A DNA stretch of 47,315 nucleotides from an uncultured Caldisericota bacterium. GTDB taxonomy: Bacteria; Caldisericota; Caldisericia; UBA6126. The position numbers and the translations under genes were made by a program. How positions within the stretch are numbered: position 1 is the stretch's first letter; each line of letters starts with the position of its first letter. Location of the stretch: assembly GCA_964422555.1 (NCBI GenBank), contig CAYRBR010000004.1, forward strand, positions 1 through 47,315, given 5' to 3'. A model generated the notes under the pieces. The model made no database searches and was not told the DNA's origin. It saw only the letters and a list, made by a program, of their open reading frames with translations. Positions 36,021 through 44,703 of the stretch are shown here, in pieces.

Positions 36021-37862
36021 TTATTGCTCCTTTCCTTCGTGTATTGCACCAACTGGACATACTTCTGTGCAAGCATTACAGCCATTGCATAAATTCAAAT
36101 CAACAATAGGATGCTTCAAATTTTCTTCCCATATTAAAGCAGGACAAGAAAACTTTGAAGTACAAATTTTACAACCGATACAAACATCTGGATCAATTGT
36201 AACAGGAAGTTTCTTTTCATACCCTTTCAGCATACAGCAAGGAGCACGTGAAACGATAAAAGTAGGTCCTTCATCATAGGCTGCTGCTTCTTTGAAAACT
36301 TCAATTGATTCTTTAATTTTAAGAGGGTCAATAACTCGAATAAACTTAACACCCAAAGCTTTTGCTACTTTCTCAGGATAGATTGGAGCATCGTGTTCTC
36401 CAAACACTGAGTTCAAACCACAGCTTGGATTTGGTTGTTGTCCGGTCATAGCAGTAATAGAATTATCCACCAAAACGATATTTACATTGGACTTGTTCCA
36501 AACTGCATTCACTAAAGCGGGAATACCAGTATGGAAAAAAGTAGAATCACCAATAGTTGCAAAAATGCTCTCTTTGTTAAAATGTGCCAATGCAGCTCCA
36601 ACTCCAATTGAACCGCCCATACATACACAAGTATCAACAGCATTTAATGGTGGTTGAATACCCAAGGTGTAACACCCAATATCACTGGGATATATTCCCT
36701 TAGGATCCGCTTTTTTAATGGCATAAAATGTAGATCTATGAGGACATCCAGGGCATAAAACCGGGAATCGGGGTGGCATAAGAGAAGTATCTGGTAAAGA
36801 AACACCTTCGCATGCAACAGTAGGTTCTTTCTTGATTGCTTTCATGATTGCATCATGAACGATACCGGTATTAAACTCATATGTCTTTGGTAAGATGTCT
36901 TTGCCATGAATTTTGATTTGGACTCCATTGTCGAAAGCAAGTCGTTTCAGAGTCTCTTCAGTAATAGGATCCAACTCTTCAACAACTAATATAGTGTCGC
37001 AATGCTGAAGCATCTTTAACATCGTTTTTTCAGGTAAGGGATATGTGATTCCAAGATGTAAGAAACTTACATCTTCTAAGTTTTCATAGTACAGGGCTTC
37101 TTTGACATAGTTTCCTGTCAGACCGTTTGCAATAATCCCAAATTTCCCTTTTAAAGATAGGCGAGTCCACGGAGAATCACAAATATAATCTTTTAATTCA
37201 TCAAATCGCTGAATTAAATCAGGATGTAATTGGTAGGCATGAGAGGGAAGAACAGCTTTATGAAGCTTATCTTTCACAAAGTTTACTTCGTTACGTGTTT
37301 CAGGAATTGAGTTATACTCAACGTTACCGGAACAATGAGCACTACGAGTTGTTTGTCGTAACAATACTGGTAATCTGAATTTTTCAGAAAGCTCAAATCC
37401 ATATTTTACCATATCTTTTGTTTCTTGTGGAGAAGAAGGCTCTAAACAAGGAAACATACCAAAACGACAATAGTTTCGACTATCTTGTTCGTTTTGTGAT
37501 GAAAAACAGGATGGATCATCTCCAACGGCTAAAATTAATCCAGCAACAGATCCACCGTATGTCATTGACATTAAAGCATCTGCTGCAACATTGATTCCAA
37601 CATGTTTCATTGCAACAATTGATCTGTGATTAGACCAACTACCTGCAAGAGCTGTTTCAAATGCTACTTTCTCATTAGTGGAATACTCCCAATAATATGA
37701 ATTTGCAGCAACAGCAAATTTGGCAAACGTATCTCCAATTTCGGAAGCTGGAGTACCAGGATACGTACATGCAACTCCAACTCCTGCTTCTAAAGCACCT
37801 CGAACTACTGCCTGGTTACCCATTAACAGTTCTACTATTCCGGGTTTGTTATCTAATAGCAT
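36021..37862 (-). CDS. iorA: Indolepyruvate:ferredoxin oxidoreductase alpha subunit
   Basis: YPGTPASE, NEKVA, MKHVG, LCPGCPHR, DIGCY, TPP motif GDST...DN, two C-terminal 4Fe-4S motifs. Confidence 0.96.
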   Translation of the reverse strand: MLLDNKPGIVELLMGNQAVVRGALEAGVGVACTYPGTPASEIGDTFAKFAVAANSYYWEYSTNEKVAFETALAGSWSNHRSIVAMKHVGINVAADALMSMTYGGSVAGLILAVGDDPSCFSSQNEQDSRNYCRFGMFPCLEPSSPQETKDMVKYGFELSEKFRLPVLLRQTTRSAHCSGNVEYNSIPETRNEVNFVKDKLHKAVLPSHAYQLHPDLIQRFDELKDYICDSPWTRLSLKGKFGIIANGLTGNYVKEALYYENLEDVSFLHLGITYPLPEKTMLKMLQHCDTILVVEELDPITEETLKRLAFDNGVQIKIHGKDILPKTYEFNTGIVHDAIMKAIKKEPTVACEGVSLPDTSLMPPRFPVLCPGCPHRSTFYAIKKADPKGIYPSDIGCYTLGIQPPLNAVDTCVCMGGSIGVGAALAHFNKESIFATIGDSTFFHTGIPALVNAVWNKSNVNIVLVDNSITAMTGQQPNPSCGLNSVFGEHDAPIYPEKVAKALGVKFIRVIDPLKIKESIEVFKEAAAYDEGPTFIVSRAPCCMLKGYEKKLPVTIDPDVCIGCKICTSKFSCPALIWEENLKHPIVDLNLCNGCNACTEVCPVGAIHEGKEQ

Positions 37863-37928
37863 AGTTCCTCCTTGTTACAGAATACACTAACATTATATAT
37901 AGAAACACAACAAAAAAAACGTAATTTC

Positions 37929-38486
37929 TTACCGTGCATTCGGATGCAACTCTCTAACTTTACAGTTTATCAAACAATGAATAATTTGCAGATGAGCAAT
38001 TTCGACTCGAACTGTGTCACAAGCAACTGCTCTTCTAGTATCGTACACCCCAACGGGTACATGATACTCCCGAATGGTATATTCCCAGCAGTATTGATCC
38101 CAGGGATCATAGTGGTAGTACTCAGAATTTCCATCTGCTCCAGACCAACCATAGTAAAGCAAATGATATTCCCATCCATATTCATGATACCACGCATCAA
38201 ACTCTGCTTTTAACTCTTCCAGATCCATCATTCGCAACGGCTTATTACAGGTTCGACCACAATGATAGTATGCATAATCGATTGCAGCAAACCAATCCGA
38301 ATTCAGCTCTTCAGATGTAATCATCTTTCTGGGATCGCAACACTTTTGACACCCCGTATTTTGAAGTTCAAAGGCAGTTGTTTTTGGAATTGAAATCGAT
38401 TGACTTGGAAAAGAGTATGGCAAAAAAAGCAGACAAAAGAACGTACTTATTACTATTATTGTATTCCATCGTCTCTTCTGTTTCAT
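37929..38486 (-). CDS. Secreted Cys/aromatic-rich hypothetical protein
   Basis: Signal-peptide-like N-terminus, 185-aa ORF filling the gap, no recognised domain. Confidence 0.6.
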   Translation of the reverse strand: MKQKRRWNTIIVISTFFCLLFLPYSFPSQSISIPKTTAFELQNTGCQKCCDPRKMITSEELNSDWFAAIDYAYYHCGRTCNKPLRMMDLEELKAEFDAWYHEYGWEYHLLYYGWSGADGNSEYYHYDPWDQYCWEYTIREYHVPVGVYDTRRAVACDTVRVEIAHLQIIHCLINCKVRELHPNAR

Positions 38487-38627
38487 TAGTTTACCATTCC
38501 AAGTAATATTATATCAACTTAGAAAAGGAAATAGGCAAAATTGGTTACGAAAAAGAAATTTTTTTACTATCATAGCAACCAGAACAATGCAAACTATAAT
38601 ATAAGAAAAACGCAGAAGGTGATTCAG

Positions 38628-39341
38628 ATGGAACATTTATCGCTTGGATATTATTTTGAAGACTTAGATTCATGTCCCTGCACTATTTCAGATAATTGTA
38701 AACCCTGGGAACTGTTAAGTTCTAAGAATTCCGTTTTTTCTTTCCATACAAGTTTAATACAGGGTTTTCTTGAAAAATCTGTAGTCATTAAAGGCATAGT
38801 ATACATAGGAGAAAACACAGTTATAGATGAAAACGTTTCCATTCAAGGCCCCTGCTGGATTGGAAGCAACTGTATCATTCGAAGCAGTAGCTTAATCCGA
38901 CCCTACTCTGTTATTGGTGACTACGTTGTAATTGGACACAATAGTGAAGTGAAAAATTCTCTTATTTTCTCTGATGCAAAAATTGCTTCTCATGCTGTAG
39001 TTAGTGATAGTATTATTGGCAAAGGTGCCAGAATTGGGTCTGGAACAATAACCGATAACAGACGATTTGACCAGAAAGAAGTTGAAGTAGATATCAATGG
39101 TTCAATCTATCCAACAGGTTTTGACAAATTCGGTATCGTGTGCGGAGATTATGTCCGTATTGGCTCTAATGTATCCTCTTTACCTGGCACCGTTATCGGA
39201 AAATATACATGGATCTATTCCAATTCTCTTGTATATGGTTTCTTTCCTAAAGAAAAATTTGTAAAACTACAACAAACTATGGAAACCTTCGACAAGGAAC
39301 CTTATGTCTTACGTCGAGGGGACAAATCCGGAAAACGTTAG
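38628..39341 (+). CDS. Left-handed beta-helix acyltransferase (GlmU C-terminal-like, stand-alone)
   Basis: Hexapeptide repeats, GHNSEVKNS, IGSGTITDNRRFD, KFG. ATG 38628 after AAGGTG. Confidence 0.82.
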   Translation: MEHLSLGYYFEDLDSCPCTISDNCKPWELLSSKNSVFSFHTSLIQGFLEKSVVIKGIVYIGENTVIDENVSIQGPCWIGSNCIIRSSSLIRPYSVIGDYVVIGHNSEVKNSLIFSDAKIASHAVVSDSIIGKGARIGSGTITDNRRFDQKEVEVDINGSIYPTGFDKFGIVCGDYVRIGSNVSSLPGTVIGKYTWIYSNSLVYGFFPKEKFVKLQQTMETFDKEPYVLRRGDKSGKR

Positions 39342-39352
39342 AAAGGATTTTT

Positions 39353-41593
39353 ATGAAACGTAACATAACAATACTGTTACTTGCCCTTATCTTTGTTGGA
39401 TCGTCTATCGTATCAGCATTTGGAGAAGAATGGTATGCTTTTCAAAAAGACGAATCAAGATCGGGTATGGTAAAGGAAACCTTGTACTTCCCAATGAAAA
39501 ACCAAATGCAGTTATCTGTTGGAGAAACTATTTCAGGTGGATTACTCGTACACAACAACTGTGTATATTACTCAACCCTTGAAGGAACTGTGGGATGCAC
39601 TTCCATTTTCTCTGGGGAAACACAATGGAAACAATCTCTTAGTGGTCCCATTAAAAGCAGCATGATGATTAGCAATCGAGATTTGTTTGCCATTACCGAA
39701 AAAGGGCATGTCTATTGCATGGATGCACAAACAGGGACAATCCTATGGAATCGCAACTTAGACACTGAAGTAGAAGCTCCATTGTTGAAATTCTATCGTT
39801 ATCTTATTGTTCCTTGCATGAATGGACAAGTTTACTCTCTTAATGGATTGGATGGGAAAACAATTTGGAACATTGATCTTCATGAACCCATACGAAATGG
39901 CGTCTGCCTAAAATTTAATTCATTATATATTGTTACAGAACGTGGTCAGATAGGTTGCTATGATAGCCAAAATGGAAAGAAGTATTGGAGTTTCTACGCA
40001 CCATCTGCCTCTCATAGTGCTCCAATAGCTGGCACAGAATGCATATATTATGGAGACGATCAGGGTCATTTCTATGCTTACGACTATATCACTGGCAGAA
40101 AATACTGGACAAAAGAGTTTAATTCTCCCTTTTCAAGCCCTATGAGTTTCTGCTACTTTGATAAGCGTATTGTCTGTACAGGTATCACAGATCGTTATAG
40201 TGGAATCAGTGTTGGAACCGGAGCTGAATTGTGGTCTTATAAAAGTAGCTCTTGTACCATTGCTCCAGTTGCAGCAAATAGAGTTGTATTTATCCCTGGA
40301 TCGAATAACACCATTGTAGCTATTGATTCTTTTGATGGTACAGAAATCTATAAAGAACAGTTAGATAGTCCTATTAGTGCTGGCATGGCAATATCAAATG
40401 GTCGTTTGTTTATTGGAACTGAAGATGGTACCATACATATTTTTGGTTCTGCTGATTACGACTTCTATATAGAACTTGATGAAGAAATCAAAACGATATC
40501 TCCTGGTGAAAGTTGCAGTTTTAAAATTAAAGTAGTTAGTAAAGAAGGGTTCCATGATCCCGTATCTTTTTCAGCCGGTGGTTTTCCCTGTTCCTGTAAA
40601 GGAGTAGGAAGATATTTCGATCATTCACAGGTCAAACCCCCTGGAGAAATAAACTTAATTGTTGATACAACTACAGAAGCAAAACCAGCTAAATATCGAA
40701 TTACAATTAAAGCATTTTCTGGCAAACGTGATATTGAACGTGAAGCTTATGGTATCCTCATCATTCAGGAAAAGGGGAAAGAAACGATTCTTTCTATGGA
40801 AACTCCTGAAACTGTAAAAGATGGACAGGAATTTAAGGTTCCCATTCATATTCAGAATGCAGATCAGCTTCGATCCATTGGATACACTATTCAGTATCCC
40901 TCTGAACATCTTCTTTTAAAAGAAGTTCAAAAAGGAGATTTCTTTCTTGGACCAGAAGATAACATATTCTTTAATTCTACTAACAATCCATCCAATGGGA
41001 AGGTATCCATAAATTACTCTCGAAAAGAATTAGGAGAAAGTGGAAGCGGATATCTTGCCTATTTAGTATTTCAAGCCATCAAACCTACAAAAGAAAAAGA
41101 ATCGATATCGCTGACGTTCACGAATGTTTCCTTACGAGATACTCTTCTATTTTCGAAAGCAGCCGTTTTTGAACCAGCTTCTCTTCAAATTGAGAAAGGG
41201 AAACAGGTAAAAATCTTGCTGCAGATTGGATCAAAAACTGTCAAGATTAACAATCGAACAGAGCAACTTTCGGCTGCACCTTACATTAAAGACGGACGTA
41301 CCCTTGTCCCCTTACGAGTTTTAGCTGAGAACATGAATACAACTGTCGAATGGATAGCTGATGAACAAAAAATAGTTCTTTCCCAGTACGATAAAACAAT
41401 TGTTTTATGGATTCAAAAACCAATTTGTGAAGTAAATGGCGTTCCCACAGACCTACCAAACAAGGTAGCTCCCGAAATCAAAAACGGAAGAACCTTTATT
41501 CCCCTTCGGTTTGTAGCTGAGCAGCTAAATGGTTCCATTCAATGGGATGGTACCACACAAACAATAACAATATTATATCCAAATTACGATTAA
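39353..41593 (+). CDS. Secreted PQQ-repeat beta-propeller + Ig-like + cohesin-like + copper amine oxidase N-terminal (stalk) domain protein
   Basis: Signal peptide, repeated G...W Trp-docking motifs, FKVPIHI...IQYP...GSGYLAYLVF (cohesin-like), GRTLVPLR and GRTFIPLRFVAE (stalk). Confidence 0.88.
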   Translation: MKRNITILLLALIFVGSSIVSAFGEEWYAFQKDESRSGMVKETLYFPMKNQMQLSVGETISGGLLVHNNCVYYSTLEGTVGCTSIFSGETQWKQSLSGPIKSSMMISNRDLFAITEKGHVYCMDAQTGTILWNRNLDTEVEAPLLKFYRYLIVPCMNGQVYSLNGLDGKTIWNIDLHEPIRNGVCLKFNSLYIVTERGQIGCYDSQNGKKYWSFYAPSASHSAPIAGTECIYYGDDQGHFYAYDYITGRKYWTKEFNSPFSSPMSFCYFDKRIVCTGITDRYSGISVGTGAELWSYKSSSCTIAPVAANRVVFIPGSNNTIVAIDSFDGTEIYKEQLDSPISAGMAISNGRLFIGTEDGTIHIFGSADYDFYIELDEEIKTISPGESCSFKIKVVSKEGFHDPVSFSAGGFPCSCKGVGRYFDHSQVKPPGEINLIVDTTTEAKPAKYRITIKAFSGKRDIEREAYGILIIQEKGKETILSMETPETVKDGQEFKVPIHIQNADQLRSIGYTIQYPSEHLLLKEVQKGDFFLGPEDNIFFNSTNNPSNGKVSINYSRKELGESGSGYLAYLVFQAIKPTKEKESISLTFTNVSLRDTLLFSKAAVFEPASLQIEKGKQVKILLQIGSKTVKINNRTEQLSAAPYIKDGRTLVPLRVLAENMNTTVEWIADEQKIVLSQYDKTIVLWIQKPICEVNGVPTDLPNKVAPEIKNGRTFIPLRFVAEQLNGSIQWDGTTQTITILYPNYD

Positions 41594-41609
41594 CCATTTA
41601 GGAGGAAGT

Positions 41610-42509
41610 ATGTCGAAATTAATGGAATGTGTTCCCAATATCTCAGAAGGACGAGATTCCAAAATTGTGGAAGCCTGTGTTAATGAAGTACGCAATATTC
41701 AGGGAGTAAAACTCATTGATTATTCTTCAGATCCCGATCATAACCGTTCTGTCATTACATTTGTAGGAACGGCCGAACCAGTTAAGGAAGCTGCTTTTGC
41801 TCTCACAAAAAAAGCTATGGAATTAATCGATTTAAACCATCACAGTGGTACCCACAAAAGAATGGGTGCTGTTGATGTAATCCCTTTTATTCCTCTTGGA
41901 AATTCAACTATGGAGGATTGCATTAAAGCCAGTGAAGAAGTAGCGGAAAGAATTGGAACTGAACTCTCCATCCCTGTCTATTTATATGCTAATTCTGCAA
42001 AAAGAAAACACTGCAAAAAACTACCTACAATTCGCAAGGGTGAATTCGAAGGTTTCAAAGATAAAATTGCATTGGAAAAATGGTGTCCCGATTTTGGGCC
42101 TTCTACCCGGCACGATACATTTGGCTGTGTAGCAGTAGGAGCTCGTGAGTTTTTAATTGCATACAATATTTATTTAAACACTACTGATAAAAAAGTTGCT
42201 TCAACTATTGCAAAATCACTTCGAGAAAGTGGTGGTGGACACAAGCACTTGCAAGCAATGGGAATGTACATCGATGAAAAAGCCTTGGTTCAAGTATCAA
42301 TGAATATTCTGGATTTCAACAAATTACCTCTTTATCGAGTAGTTGAGTTAATACGGATAGAAGCCCGAAAATGGGGATGTGACATTAAAGAAACTGAACT
42401 GATTGGTCTTATTCCATTGCAAGCAATTCTTGACACCTTCTCCTACTACACACAGCTTCCTTCACTCACCCCAGAACAAGTTATCGAGATGAAGATTCAC
42501 GAAGAATAA
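41610..42509 (+). CDS. ftcD: Glutamate formimidoyltransferase
   Basis: ECVPNISEGR, DPDHNRSV, HKRMGAVDVIPF, GAREFLIAYN, QVSMN. Confidence 0.93.
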   Translation: MSKLMECVPNISEGRDSKIVEACVNEVRNIQGVKLIDYSSDPDHNRSVITFVGTAEPVKEAAFALTKKAMELIDLNHHSGTHKRMGAVDVIPFIPLGNSTMEDCIKASEEVAERIGTELSIPVYLYANSAKRKHCKKLPTIRKGEFEGFKDKIALEKWCPDFGPSTRHDTFGCVAVGAREFLIAYNIYLNTTDKKVASTIAKSLRESGGGHKHLQAMGMYIDEKALVQVSMNILDFNKLPLYRVVELIRIEARKWGCDIKETELIGLIPLQAILDTFSYYTQLPSLTPEQVIEMKIHEE

Positions 42510-42539
42510 ACAATTCATTTTTCTAATATGGGAGCTTGT

Positions 42540-43658
42540 ATGATTTCCTACGATGTGATTATTATTCGATATGGTGAAATTTACTTAAAAAGTAAACCTG
42601 TACGTCAATCTCTTGAAAAGATGCTTGAATCTCGCATTCGTTGGAAACTTGATTCAACCCAATACAAAAATCATTACAAACTTGTGAAGGAGCAGCATAC
42701 ATTTTACTTGTTCGGCTCCTTCACAAAAGACTTCATTCAGTATATTGCCAACACTTTTGGAATTGTTAGTGTAAGTCCTGCATTGCAGTGTCAACCCACA
42801 ATTCCTTCTATCAATTCTGCATGTCGTCTTTTTCGAGAACAACTCGGTAACTTTACTCCTCTTAATTATCGAGTACAAGCTACTAAAGATAAACGCCTCT
42901 CTACTTCCCACTATACAATGGAGTACGAAGCATCCAGTCATTTTAAAGATTGGAAGGTGCAACTAAAGAATCCAGCATTTACTGTTTACATTGATGCCAG
43001 AGAGCACCAGTGTTTTGTATTTGCTGATAAGATTCCAGGACCAGGAGGTTTACCTTATGGTTCTCAGGGAAAAGTAGTGGCACTTCTTTCCAGTGGGATA
43101 GACTCCCCCGTTTCTGCATGGTGTATGGGGAAAAGAGGATGTAAGTTGGTGCTTCTTCATCTTGGGAATGACTCTCTGATCCGCTACAAAGAGATACTTG
43201 AAAGTTGGGCAGGAGCTCCAATTCCTCTGGTTTCTATCCCCTTTCAACCAATTCTTGAAGCTATTCGAGACAAAGGAGCAGGAAGATATCAGTGCATTTT
43301 CTGCAAAAAAGCAATGTACATTGTTGCAGAAGCCTTAGCAAAACGAACCTATTCGTATGGAATTGTCTCTGGAGAAAACTTAGGACAGGTTGCCTCACAA
43401 ACTCTATCGAATCTGGCCGAGTTAACCTCAGTTTTAACCATACCAATCTTTAGACCTCTGTTAACGTACGACAAGCGACAGATTATTGATTTAGCCAGAA
43501 TGATTGGAACAATGGATATTTACAAACATCCTGATTGTAAATATGTACCCTCTCAACCGGTCACTTCCATATCTGAAAAGAAAAAGATTCAAATGAATCA
43601 GTTGCTGGATATAAAAGAAATTGTTCAAGAGTACATTCCAAAGGTTTTATATGACTAA
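42540..43658 (+). CDS. thiI: tRNA 4-thiouridine synthase (THUMP + PP-loop, no rhodanese domain)
   Basis: IRYGEIYLKS, GPGGLPYGSQGK, LLSSGIDSPV, GENLGQVASQTL, IFRPL. ATG 42540 after GGAG. Confidence 0.92.
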   Translation: MISYDVIIIRYGEIYLKSKPVRQSLEKMLESRIRWKLDSTQYKNHYKLVKEQHTFYLFGSFTKDFIQYIANTFGIVSVSPALQCQPTIPSINSACRLFREQLGNFTPLNYRVQATKDKRLSTSHYTMEYEASSHFKDWKVQLKNPAFTVYIDAREHQCFVFADKIPGPGGLPYGSQGKVVALLSSGIDSPVSAWCMGKRGCKLVLLHLGNDSLIRYKEILESWAGAPIPLVSIPFQPILEAIRDKGAGRYQCIFCKKAMYIVAEALAKRTYSYGIVSGENLGQVASQTLSNLAELTSVLTIPIFRPLLTYDKRQIIDLARMIGTMDIYKHPDCKYVPSQPVTSISEKKKIQMNQLLDIKEIVQEYIPKVLYD

Positions 43659-44640
43659 AACCCAATGGATTGGTTTCATGCTTGCACTTCTGTTAAGTAT
43701 TGCAGGTATTTTTTATCTTTGGAATCAAGCTGGTAGCTTTAACATACTATCATTTCATTGGGGTTGGGTTCTCATAACCTTTCTATCCTTCCTACTTCTT
43801 TGGTTCTGTGATTCCAGTGCATTACGTTCCATTTTACAATCGCAAGGTATTAAAGTACCGATTTTACTCTTATTCAAACTTACACTCAGTGGATTCTTCT
43901 TTGGTGCAATTACTCCCTTCCAGATTGGTAATATTCCCGCCCTAACAGTTCTACTTGAAAAAAACAATGTTCCTCTCGAAACCGGTATCCCTTCTGTTCT
44001 GCTTAAAAGTACAATTAATGGAATTCTTCGATCCATTATCTCTCTAATGCTAGCGTTCTACTTAAAAGATACCCTGCAAGGAAGCATGGGAAAGATTCTT
44101 TTTACAATTCTTTTGTTATATGGATGGGGAGTACTATCGGGTTATTTTTTAGTTATTAGCAAAAGTCGTTTTGCAATAAAAATTAGAGATTGGTTATCAT
44201 CGTTTTTAAATTGGTTTGGAGATAAAATCCCTTCCTGGAAGACTGCTACTGATAGAATTAGTAATTCTTTTCAGAATAGCCCAGAAACATTGGCCCCCCT
44301 TTTTAAGAATAAATCTTGGATTATTCCAACATTCTTTTTTATTCTCTTATTCTGGATAACCCTTTTTTCTATGCCTTACTTCATTGTTCGATCTCTTCAC
44401 CTGCAAGCTCCTTTCCTGGATATGTTTATGCTTCAAGCATCCTACTATATGCTTCAATCATTCTTGCCTAGTCCAGGGGGAAGTGGATTGGCAGAAGTAA
44501 GTATCGGCTACATATACACATCATTTATTGGCGGTTCCTCTCCAACATTCATTTTCTTACTACGATTCTTTACGTACTATTTACCCATGATTTTTGGAGC
44601 TATATTTCTTTTCACAAAACACACATCCACAAAAAAATAA
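43651..44640 (+). CDS. Lysylphosphatidylglycerol synthase TM / flippase-like (YbhN family) membrane protein
   Basis: FFGAITPFQIG, PSPGGSGLAE, RFFTYY. Multi-TM. Confidence 0.85.
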   Translation: MTKTQWIGFMLALLLSIAGIFYLWNQAGSFNILSFHWGWVLITFLSFLLLWFCDSSALRSILQSQGIKVPILLLFKLTLSGFFFGAITPFQIGNIPALTVLLEKNNVPLETGIPSVLLKSTINGILRSIISLMLAFYLKDTLQGSMGKILFTILLLYGWGVLSGYFLVISKSRFAIKIRDWLSSFLNWFGDKIPSWKTATDRISNSFQNSPETLAPLFKNKSWIIPTFFFILLFWITLFSMPYFIVRSLHLQAPFLDMFMLQASYYMLQSFLPSPGGSGLAEVSIGYIYTSFIGGSSPTFIFLLRFFTYYLPMIFGAIFLFTKHTSTKK

Positions 44641-44703
44641 TGAACTTTTCTCCTACAACACTCTATTGTATACAGTAGAAATTTTGTTAACAGGGGGTCC
44701 ATT

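Noticed and set aside
37872-38213. 113-aa + strand ORF and nested 37970-38200 ORF
   Set aside because: Antisense or alternate-frame to the 185-aa signal-peptide ORF, with no RBS or motif.
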